Source: Pseudothermotoga sp. (GTDB lineage Bacteria > Thermotogota > Thermotogae > Thermotogales > DSM-5069). From it: DNA of 16,111 bases. The DNA lies in the NCBI GenBank assembly GCA_041640575.1, contig JBEPZZ010000032.1, positions 1-16,111 on the forward strand. Direction: 5' to 3'. The position numbers and the translations under genes are program-made. A model generated the notes under the pieces. It made no database searches. It had not been told where the DNA came from and was given only the letters and a program-made list of their open reading frames with translations. Positions within the stretch are counted from its first letter, which is position 1. Every line of letters begins with the position of its first letter. Shown piece after piece: positions 1 through 7,323 of the stretch.

Positions 1-609
1 AAGATCATGGAAAAAGGGGAAAGAAAAGCTCAGAGAAACTATTCGCTTCAGGACAAAAACACCCTACAAATTCTCGTTAAAGACGAAGAAAAACATGAAG
101 AAATGCTTCTAAAACTTCTCAATGAGGAAAAGCTTAACTACATTGGTTCAATGGTTCTTGGCCTCAACGATGCACTTGTTGAGCTAACAGGTGCTTTAGC
201 TGGTTTAACTTTTGCACTTCAGAAGACAAGGATCGTCGCAATATCGGGCATAATCACTGGTATTGCAGCAGCACTGTCAATGGCTGCCTCCGATTACCTT
301 TCCAAAAAATCAGAAAAAGGAGAGAAGAACCCAGTAAAATCAGCACTCTACACAGGTATTGCATACATATTCACAGTTCTTTTTCTTACCTTTCCATACC
401 TAGTTTTCAAAAGACCAATTTTCGCGCTTTCTATGACGCTTGTAAATGCTATCTTGGTGATATTTCTTTTCACATTCTTCATATCGGTTGTAAAAGAAAC
501 AGACTTCAAGAAGAGCTTTATTGAAATGCTGTCGATAAGCATGGGGGTGGCAACTACTTCGTTTTTCATCGGATTGCTGATCAGACATTTTCTTGGCATC
601 GAAATTTGA
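1..609 (+). CDS. VIT1/CCC1-family membrane protein with N-terminal ferritin/rubrerythrin-like segment (MbfA-like iron transporter), probably 5'-truncated by the window edge
   Basis: Frame 1 is open from base 1 (KIMEKGE...). A soluble helical part with an ExxH motif (DEEKHEE) precedes the VIT1/CCC1 signature GSMVLGLNDALVELTGALAGLT...AAALSMAASDYLS and about 5 hydrophobic helices. Stop TGA at 607-609. Confidence 0.85.
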   Translation, partial: KIMEKGERKAQRNYSLQDKNTLQILVKDEEKHEEMLLKLLNEEKLNYIGSMVLGLNDALVELTGALAGLTFALQKTRIVAISGIITGIAAALSMAASDYLSKKSEKGEKNPVKSALYTGIAYIFTVLFLTFPYLVFKRPIFALSMTLVNAILVIFLFTFFISVVKETDFKKSFIEMLSISMGVATTSFFIGLLIRHFLGIEI

Positions 610-634
610 AAATGTTCAGTGTGATTGTTATTAT
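606..634 (+). promoter_or_regulatory. Putative sigma70 promoter (TTGAAA-17 bp-TATTAT with extended -10 TG)
   Basis: TTGAAA at 606-611, 17-bp spacer, TG at 626-627, TATTAT at 629-634. It overlaps the VIT1 stop codon. The AT-rich context raises the chance of a random match. Confidence 0.5.
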
Positions 635-635
635 T

Positions 636-651
636 ATAGTTCGCGAACTAT
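636..651. promoter_or_regulatory. Perfect 16-bp palindrome ATAGTTCGCGAACTAT, candidate operator
   Basis: The sequence equals its own reverse complement. It lies immediately after the putative -10, over the predicted transcription start. No U-tract follows, so it is not a typical terminator. Confidence 0.55.
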
Positions 652-1290
652 GGAAATCTATCTTTTAGCTGTAGCAAAGCTTGCAAAAAAGCGTGAAAGT
701 GAAAGGCTAGCTAGAAAGATTTTAAAAGCTAAAAGTGTCACATTATAAAATGAGCTGATAAAAGAAACCAATTTGGTAAAGACAGTAAAATTTGAAATTC
801 CACTTCCCTTTTGACGTATCTTTCATTGACCTTCTCAGCACTAGCTTTGTATGCAAAGTTGAGAAGATCGAAAAAATTCAGCCAGCGCAAGTCAACTAGT
901 AGGCTCAAATTTTAGCTTTAAAAAATTAGGCATGAGTATAGAATCTACAAGTTTATGATCAGGTTAACTTCTCCATTGCAAAAATGATCTTGGCGGCTTG
1001 ATGCTGATTCGCAATTAAGATGTCCACCGCTGTATAAAAAGCTTTAAATTATCCCGCACAAGCCAAAAATCTATAACTTGCACCTGTTTATCTTTTATCC
1101 TGCTATCTTTTTAAAAATCAAGCAGCTAGCTTATTCTAGTACTTGCCAATACTTTTTTGTTGATATCTGTATTCGCTTCATAAATTTTGAGTATGGTTTT
1201 TTTCCAAGTATTTGATGATTCTAAAAACAACCACAGTTTTATCCCTAATTGCAGTACTGATTCAAAGACTTTCCCGCTGCTTAACACCAA

Positions 1291-1845
1291 TTACTTTCTG
1301 CTCCCAGGTTTCACAATTGGTATTCCTTGCTTACACAATATACATTCGTTTGGTTCGTAAATGGGAAATTCAAGCTTAATCAAGGAATGGAACGGAACGT
1401 CAAACGGAAGCGGACCAATTGATCTGTCAACTATACTTGCAATGCAACAAACAACTCCACCGTAACTTTCGACCAGGTTCTTAACCTCTATCACTGATCC
1501 ACCTGTAGTTGTAACATCTTCAACTATTGCAACTCTCTCACCATTATGAATGGTGAAACTTCTCCTTAGTTTCATCACGCTTTCTTCTCTTTCGGCAAAT
1601 ATTGCACGAACGCCGAGAGCTCTGGCAACTGTATAAGCAAGAATTATTCCACCGAGTGCTGGGCCAACAACCACTTCGGGTTTATAAGAGCTTATCTTCT
1701 GCGCGATCATATCACCAACCATATCCCCATACTCAGGATATTCAAAAATTTTCGCGCACTGAATGTAATTCGAGGAATGTTTTCCAGATGACAAAAGAAA
1801 ATGTCCTTCTAGCAGTGCTCCAGTCTTCAACAAGATATCACGCAT
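1291..1845 (-). CDS. pyrE: Orotate phosphoribosyltransferase
   Basis: N-terminal GHFLLSSGKHS motif and PRPP-binding loop VAIVEDVTTTGGS. Last gene of the pyr cluster; overlaps the pyrF end. Confidence 0.96.
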   Translation of the reverse strand: MRDILLKTGALLEGHFLLSSGKHSSNYIQCAKIFEYPEYGDMVGDMIAQKISSYKPEVVVGPALGGIILAYTVARALGVRAIFAEREESVMKLRRSFTIHNGERVAIVEDVTTTGGSVIEVKNLVESYGGVVCCIASIVDRSIGPLPFDVPFHSLIKLEFPIYEPNECILCKQGIPIVKPGSRK

Positions 1846-2446
1846 TTAGCATCCTCCTCACTTCGGCTATAGTGGCTGCCGGATCATCACTCTTGTAAAT
1901 TTCCCTGCCAAGAACAACGAAGTCTGCTACGTTTAAAACGTCGTTGAGATGCACAACATCCTTTTGGTCATCCGCACCTCGCTTTATCCTAACCCCAGGA
2001 ACTAAAATCTTCCCAGATATGTACTTTCTAAGTTCGATGGCCCATTTACCAGGTAAAACAAAAGAGCATCCCAATACTTCCAAAGTTTTTATCAAATCCA
2101 CATATTGATGAAGTTCACCTTCAATTGAAGTGAGTTTGACCACAACAAAAATCAATTTATTTGTGCTTTCCATAGCTGCCTTAACACCATCGATACCACA
2201 TGCTGAATGGACGGTAAAACCTTTAATGGAAGGATGATCCCATGCTTTTATAGACCTTGCGATTGTAGATGGAATATCCACAAATTTTAAATCGATAATC
2301 ACTTCAAGATTTCGCTTCGCAAATTCTTCAAGTACTGATTTCCCATGAACTGCAACGCTATGACCAATTTTTACATGGTCAAAAGATCCATATTTGTCGA
2401 TGAACTGCAAAGGATTTTCCATATCCAAGCTTAAAACCGGTTTCAT
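1838..2446 (-). CDS. pyrF: Orotidine-5'-phosphate decarboxylase
   Basis: LSLD and VKIG motifs, catalytic DLKFVDIPST (DxKxxD), VPGVR, DQK, VLGREIY. 4-nt overlap with the pyrD end. Confidence 0.95.
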   Translation of the reverse strand: MKPVLSLDMENPLQFIDKYGSFDHVKIGHSVAVHGKSVLEEFAKRNLEVIIDLKFVDIPSTIARSIKAWDHPSIKGFTVHSACGIDGVKAAMESTNKLIFVVVKLTSIEGELHQYVDLIKTLEVLGCSFVLPGKWAIELRKYISGKILVPGVRIKRGADDQKDVVHLNDVLNVADFVVLGREIYKSDDPAATIAEVRRMLNA

Positions 2447-3276
2447 ATATTCCCCCTCCTTAATCTTTCGGCAATCCTTTCAACAATCTTTGGGTTTTTA
2501 TAGATTATTGTCCCTAAGCTCACGGCATCCGCACCGACTTTGAGGAATTCTTCTGCGTCATCCTCGTTACTAATACCACCTCCGCCTACTATAAAAAGCT
2601 TCTTAGCAACTTTTTTAACTTCGTATACAGCTCTCAAAGCTATTGGTTTTAATGAAGGTCCCGACAAACCGCCTTTTTGAATCTTACCCTCTACGAACTG
2701 AAGCGCTCTCAAGGTATTAATCAAGCTTATTCCGTTCCATTCATTCTTCTCCAGCAAACTAGCAAAATTTTCGACAAAAATACCTTCAATGCCGACTTTT
2801 GCTATTAAGAAACTATCCAACGTTTTTCTCAATGATTTCAACAATTTTGGTAACTTTTTCGAGTCTGCTATGACGCTCAGTCCGCCCTTTTCAACGTTTG
2901 GACAGGAAAAATTAAATTCTATAGCAGCAAACCTTCCTTCTACACTTTTCACACGCTCAGCAATCATTTGAAATTCTTCCAAATTGTCTCCACCTAGACT
3001 CAGTATTACCTTAGTTTTAGCAAAGATCCAATCGAACTCACCTTGCTGTAATTTAAAAAGAAAGTTTTCAATACCTTGGTTCTCTAAGCCTATACTGTTT
3101 ATCAAATAACCACTGCTAGCTACCAAACGTGGTGGGGGATTTCCACTTTTAGGTTTGTAGGTGATTGTCTTCAAAGTGTAAGCCCCTATGCAATCTGGGC
3201 TAATCATTTTCATTTTTAGATATTCTCCCATACCCCCAACGCCTGACGCAATAACTATAGGAATCTTTAACTCCAT
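2443..3276 (-). CDS. pyrD: Dihydroorotate dehydrogenase B (class 1B), catalytic subunit
   Basis: Motifs IASG, KTIT...GNPPPR, INSIGLEN, catalytic NFSCPNV, INT, GGLSGPSLKP, GGGGI. Start moved to ATG 3276 (MELKIP), which follows an AGGGGG SD. Confidence 0.94.
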   Translation of the reverse strand: MELKIPIVIASGVGGMGEYLKMKMISPDCIGAYTLKTITYKPKSGNPPPRLVASSGYLINSIGLENQGIENFLFKLQQGEFDWIFAKTKVILSLGGDNLEEFQMIAERVKSVEGRFAAIEFNFSCPNVEKGGLSVIADSKKLPKLLKSLRKTLDSFLIAKVGIEGIFVENFASLLEKNEWNGISLINTLRALQFVEGKIQKGGLSGPSLKPIALRAVYEVKKVAKKLFIVGGGGISNEDDAEEFLKVGADAVSLGTIIYKNPKIVERIAERLRRGNI

Positions 3277-3929
3277 AAGATATCCCCCCTGAAAATTGGG
3301 CCATCTTCGCAAACGTGTTTTATCCCTTCTTTCGTATCAATGGCACAACCTTTGCAAGCTCCCAAACCACAGGCCATGTAAGCATCTGTAGTGGTATAAA
3401 CCATTCCTTTTCCCTTCAACATATCGTAGGCGATTTTACACATCTGTGGAGAACCAAGTGTTAAATACCAATCATAACCCTTTAATTGTTTAAGCATTTT
3501 TAAGAAATTCTCGTCACCAATTACCTGTTTGAACGGATGAACATCAATTTCAAAAGCTTCTTTGCTACACATTAAAACTTCTACATTCCATCTTTTGGAT
3601 GCTTCATAAGCCATTGAAAAGCATGAAGCAGAAGCAAGAATTAATCCTTTTCCGTTTGGAATTTCAAAGCCTTTGCCACAAGGTCCATGAGCATTCAATA
3701 TCGTGGCGTCTTGAACAATATATCTTGATCCTTCTCCTATGATCTCAATACATATTGCTAGTTCATCCTGCCATGTTCCAAGCGCAAATGGCTTTCGAAC
3801 AATCGAAATTGGAGTCTCAATCATGACGAACTGCATGGGTTCAAAGTAGATATCTTCTTTGAATGCTACAAGGTATGTGCTGCCACTGATTTTCTTAACC
3901 ATTTTTTTAGTTAAAGAGAAAGTCTCCAT
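3267..3929 (-). CDS. pyrK: Dihydroorotate dehydrogenase electron-transfer subunit
   Basis: FAD-binding RKPFAL and HGPCGKGF segments; C-terminal [2Fe-2S] motif MACGLGACKGC...VCEDGPIF. Lies between pyrC and pyrD. ATG 3929 (METFSL) chosen as start; exact start uncertain. Confidence 0.9.
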   Translation of the reverse strand: METFSLTKKMVKKISGSTYLVAFKEDIYFEPMQFVMIETPISIVRKPFALGTWQDELAICIEIIGEGSRYIVQDATILNAHGPCGKGFEIPNGKGLILASASCFSMAYEASKRWNVEVLMCSKEAFEIDVHPFKQVIGDENFLKMLKQLKGYDWYLTLGSPQMCKIAYDMLKGKGMVYTTTDAYMACGLGACKGCAIDTKEGIKHVCEDGPIFRGDILWS

Positions 3930-5028
3930 CCCAATACACCCACTTTCCCTTGAGTTTTGTTCCAACAATCTTTCCTTTGAGTCTTACACCGTTGAAAACG
4001 CAGTTCTTTCCCTTGCTGAAAAATTTGTTCGAGTCAACGACAAAAGTTGCATCTGGATCGATAACAACAAGATTTTCCAAATCACTGTTTAGTTTGAAGC
4101 CTAGTAGCCTTCTTGGTTTCACTATCAGTTTGTCGAAAACCAACTTCAAATCAGATAAAACTGTATAAAAAGCACTAAAGGCTACTTCAATCCCACTGCT
4201 TCCAAAAGGTGCTAACTCAAAGTCATTTGGTTTATCAGGGTGAGGGGCATGATCAGTTGCCAAGACGTCTATAATATCATCTTTGACGGCTTTTATTAGC
4301 ATATCTTTGTCTTTAGCTGTTCCAAGAGGCGGATTGATCTTGAAATTTGTATTCATTACATCATTCATGGTGAAAAACAAGTGATGTGGTGTTACTTCGC
4401 AACTGATCTGAGCAAACTTTCTTAAAAAGCAAATAGTTTCGATCGACATTTCGGTACTGACGTGCTGAATATGAAATCTCTTAAAACCATACTCCAAACC
4501 AAGCATTACATTTCGGAAAACAGAAACTGATTCGGAATTGATAGGTCGTTTTTCGCAGGGTGTAATCGTTCCTTCGTAAAAGATTCCACCCAATTCATGT
4601 AACTGACTGTGGTCAAGTAATAAGTGCGGCTCTTTAGTTTTGAAAGCCTGAACAATTTTGGCTGTGTCATAATGAATTCCATCGTTGGAATAGCATAAGA
4701 TTTTCTTCATGTCAGGTTGTAACTCTCCAAATAATGAGCAACTCCAAAAGAAATCAACCAATTTATTTTTTGCTAAACTCATGTGATAGTCAAAAACACT
4801 TTTGGTAGCAATCTCGGGTTTTGTGTTTGGTTGAATCAAAACAGCTGAATATCCACCCGCTATAGCAGCTTTCTGCAATGATTCGTAATCTTCCTGTTCA
4901 TTTAGCCTAACGTGGGTATGAAAATCAAAAAATGGTTGAGTTGCCACTAAATTGTTCCCTTGGAGTTTTGCTGGAATCTCTATTTCCACATTTTCAAAGC
5001 ACTTTTTAATTGGATCGTAATAGTTCAC
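3907..5028 (-). CDS. pyrC: Dihydroorotase (type I, amidohydrolase family)
   Basis: Motifs DFHTHVR, AAIAGGY, QPNTKP, SNDG, QHVS, CEVTPHHL, KINPPL, ATDHAPH. Start moved from TTG 5070 (inside a terminator hairpin) to GTG 5028, which follows AGGTGGAGG. Confidence 0.93.
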   Translation of the reverse strand: MNYYDPIKKCFENVEIEIPAKLQGNNLVATQPFFDFHTHVRLNEQEDYESLQKAAIAGGYSAVLIQPNTKPEIATKSVFDYHMSLAKNKLVDFFWSCSLFGELQPDMKKILCYSNDGIHYDTAKIVQAFKTKEPHLLLDHSQLHELGGIFYEGTITPCEKRPINSESVSVFRNVMLGLEYGFKRFHIQHVSTEMSIETICFLRKFAQISCEVTPHHLFFTMNDVMNTNFKINPPLGTAKDKDMLIKAVKDDIIDVLATDHAPHPDKPNDFELAPFGSSGIEVAFSAFYTVLSDLKLVFDKLIVKPRRLLGFKLNSDLENLVVIDPDATFVVDSNKFFSKGKNCVFNGVRLKGKIVGTKLKGKWVYWDGDFLFN

Positions 5029-5047
5029 ATCCCTCCACCTTTCATCG

Positions 5048-5078
5048 AAAAATAAAAGGGGCTTTTTCAAGCCCCTTT
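5048..5078 (-). terminator. Intrinsic terminator in the pyr leader (putative attenuator)
   Basis: Minus-strand RNA reads AAAGGGGCUU-GAAA-AAGCCCCUUU-UAUUUUU: perfect 10-bp stem, GNRA loop and U-tract, ending 20 nt before the pyrC GTG. Confidence 0.85.
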
Positions 5079-5144
5079 CATATTCTTATATCTTTTAATT
5101 AAGCTTCCAGTTTTCTCTTCAGATCTTAAGAAAGCACCTTTCAT
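5067..5144 (-). CDS. Putative pyr operon leader peptide (25 aa: MKGAFLRSEEKTGSLIKRYKNMKGA)
   Basis: SD GAGGTG (5153-5158) lies 8 nt before ATG 5144. The 26-codon ORF ends at TGA 5067-5069, at the stem/loop junction of the leader terminator. Too short to appear in the ORF track. Confidence 0.65.
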   Translation of the reverse strand: MKGAFLRSEEKTGSLIKRYKNMKGA

Positions 5145-5175
5145 CTTGAATTCACCTCATGATTTTCTTCGAGAA

Positions 5176-5184
5176 ATGATACCA
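5176..5184 (-). promoter_or_regulatory. Putative extended -10 promoter of the pyr leader/operon (TGgTATCAT)
   Basis: TG-G-TATCAT on the minus strand, 17 nt upstream of the leader SD. No convincing -35. Confidence 0.5.
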
Positions 5185-5225
5185 TGCTTGATATTACAAA
5201 AATATTGCTAAAGGTTTACCTCTCC

Positions 5226-6281
5226 TTACTTTCGGGCTCTCCTCATCCTCCAACCATGCATGGCCAATGCGAAAGCTATTACTGCATATGCTAGAAATTC
5301 TCTGAAGAATTCTCCAACTTGAGGTTGACCAAACAATTTATTTCCAGCGCTCGGAGCAACAACAAACAATGTATGGAATAAAAGTACACCAACTATTGCA
5401 TTCCAGATCGAAGCTTTGATTGTAGAAGCTCCACCCACAAGTAAAGCAGCTATTGAGAACAGTGCTACCTGCTCATGACTGTTGTAGGTGTTTATCGTTC
5501 CAATATCTTGCAGGTATATTATTTGTCCCAAAGCTGCCAAGACTGTTGACATGATAATAGCAATGATCCTGACTTTATTTACCTTTATTCCTGCGACTTC
5601 CGCAACATGGATATCTTGACCTACTGCTCTTATGTCTTGACCAAGTTTCGTTTTAAAAAGCAAAGTGATAAAAACACACAAAACCGCTATGATTATCATG
5701 GGGACCACGAAAACCCTAACCATACCAAATCTGATGACCCAAACGGAATTCAGAGCGCCTGCAAGTGTTCCCCAAAGATCAACTGTGTTTCTTAAACCTA
5801 CTCCACCTGTCAGCAACATGGCTTTTGTGGAAAATGGAATTATCGAGCCGGCAAAGAATAAAAATATTAGTTGATAAACACCGTTGACAAAAAAGCCAAG
5901 TATCATGGAGGTTATCATTTCTCTTCCGCGCGCCCTATTCAAAATCAATCCAGCGAGCCAACCAAGAATCATAGCTATCACAGCTGCCAAGAGCATTGAA
6001 ACCAATATTCCAGCTACCCCAACAATTTTTCTATCAACCACGAAAAACATTGCTGCTTGACCAGCCATAGCACCGAGAACAATTCCAAAGTTCAAACCCA
6101 TCCCAGCTACAACTGGAATGATAAGCGAAAGAACTAAAAAGGTATTTCTACTCAGACGTCGAACTATCTCTGCTGTTAAGAACAACCAAGGTATTTTCGC
6201 AACCAAGACTGCAGAAACGGACAGTACCAAAAACGCGATCGGAACAGCATAATCTATCAGAATTTTCTTGACTTTTTCCAT
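5226..6281 (-). CDS. ABC transporter permease (CUT2/BPD_transp_2 type), subunit 2
   Basis: Highly hydrophobic, with the conserved loop KTKLGQDIRAVGQDIHVAEVAGIKV and SIAALLVGGAS. Start placed at ATG 6281, 1 nt after the upstream permease stop and preceded by GGAGG. Confidence 0.9.
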   Translation of the reverse strand: MEKVKKILIDYAVPIAFLVLSVSAVLVAKIPWLFLTAEIVRRLSRNTFLVLSLIIPVVAGMGLNFGIVLGAMAGQAAMFFVVDRKIVGVAGILVSMLLAAVIAMILGWLAGLILNRARGREMITSMILGFFVNGVYQLIFLFFAGSIIPFSTKAMLLTGGVGLRNTVDLWGTLAGALNSVWVIRFGMVRVFVVPMIIIAVLCVFITLLFKTKLGQDIRAVGQDIHVAEVAGIKVNKVRIIAIIMSTVLAALGQIIYLQDIGTINTYNSHEQVALFSIAALLVGGASTIKASIWNAIVGVLLFHTLFVVAPSAGNKLFGQPQVGEFFREFLAYAVIAFALAMHGWRMRRARK

Positions 6282-6282
6282 C

Positions 6283-7323
6283 TTAGCTCGCCTCCCTTGG
6301 TAGTCTCGTGAGAGCATACAATATCATTCCGTTGCTTATTATCATCCTCATCACCTCAGTGATGTCTCCCCTGGTGACTTGGCTGAGGACCGGTAAAGCT
6401 ATCGTGAGTAGGGTTTGAAAAACCGTTGTACCTATGATGACATTCTTTATACTTGCTCTTCTGATTGAAGCGCCTCCTATCAAAATACATGCGACTGCTG
6501 GAAAGGTCATTCCCAACGGTGCCTGATAGAGTTGGAGAAAACCATAACTTTGTGCATAGACAACAATGCCGACACCGCCTAAAATTGTGGATAAAATTAC
6601 AGCAGTCAAACGTGCCATTTTGGTGTTAACGCCTGAAGTTATTGCATATTTCTCATTCTGACCAGTGAGATCAATAGCTAAACCTAGCCTTGTCCTAAAA
6701 AAGATATAAACTACTAAACAAGCTCCTGCAAAGAAAAGAAACAAACCAGTCGGAACTTCAAAACCACCGATTTTGAATCTCAGAAAATCGTTCAGAATTC
6801 CAGCAAAATAGTCATGAAGCGCAAGTGTGTACCTAAGACCCCTACCACCAATAGCCCATACTAAATCTGGTTTTGAGAACGGTAGAAGTAACCACATTAT
6901 CGACATAAAAGCAACTATGGAATAGCCAAAATAGGTGCCAACCATCATTTCTTGACCTCTAACTTTTTCCAAAAGCCAGCCATAGATCAGTCCAAGGCCT
7001 GTGCTTATGATTATAGTAAGTAAGACTGCGACCAGGAAGCCGAGTCCACCGACTAAATTAAGTTGCATACTTATCAAGGTGCCAAGTAAACCTCCGATTA
7101 TTCCAACTGGCAGCCCAAAATTTGGGCCCACACCAGAACGAATCATTGGAACCATTGAAAGAACAAGTACACCGTTCATGCCAATTCTTCTCAGCGAATC
7201 ACTAATCAACATTGGAATGGAAACATCAACGAAAGCTGCCAAAACAAAAAGTCCAATGAGAAAGAGGAATATTATAAGAGTCGGTATATCGACTCTTTTC
7301 AGGAGCGCCAGAAGTTTATCCAT
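6283..7323 (-). CDS. ABC transporter permease (CUT2/BPD_transp_2 type), subunit 1
   Basis: Hydrophobic, with RTRLGLAIDLTGQNEKYAITSGVN and AVACILIGGAS motifs. Paralogous to the downstream permease. GGAGGTG SD. Confidence 0.9.
   Translation of the reverse strand: MDKLLALLKRVDIPTLIIFLFLIGLFVLAAFVDVSIPMLISDSLRRIGMNGVLVLSMVPMIRSGVGPNFGLPVGIIGGLLGTLISMQLNLVGGLGFLVAVLLTIIISTGLGLIYGWLLEKVRGQEMMVGTYFGYSIVAFMSIMWLLLPFSKPDLVWAIGGRGLRYTLALHDYFAGILNDFLRFKIGGFEVPTGLFLFFAGACLVVYIFFRTRLGLAIDLTGQNEKYAITSGVNTKMARLTAVILSTILGGVGIVVYAQSYGFLQLYQAPLGMTFPAVACILIGGASIRRASIKNVIIGTTVFQTLLTIALPVLSQVTRGDITEVMRMIISNGMILYALTRLPREAS

Noticed and set aside
610..1290. CRISPR array, tRNA, IS/MITE or replication origin in the long intergenic region
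   Set aside because: No regularly spaced direct repeats, cloverleaf, terminal inverted repeats with target duplication, or clustered DnaA boxes were seen.
1126..1293. Stop-codon read-through extension of pyrE into the in-frame 54-codon ORF
   Set aside because: PyrE ends at a normal-looking C-terminus (KPGSRK) with TAA, the least leaky stop, and no recoding signal is visible.
1291..5028. Absence of pyrB and carAB from the pyr cluster as a novelty
   Set aside because: Split pyr clusters are common, and Thermotoga encodes aspartate transcarbamoylase at a separate locus.
5029..5070. Longer pyrC N-terminus starting at TTG 5070 (MKKPLLFFDERWRD) as given in the ORF track
   Set aside because: The TTG and its would-be SD lie inside a perfect terminator stem, and the extra codons are the stem and U-tract. 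GTG 5028 has a much better SD.
5029..5225. PyrR-binding loop or known riboswitch in the pyr leader
   Set aside because: No ARUCCNGNGAGGYU-like motif or recognisable aptamer consensus by eye. An Rfam search would be needed to exclude one formally.
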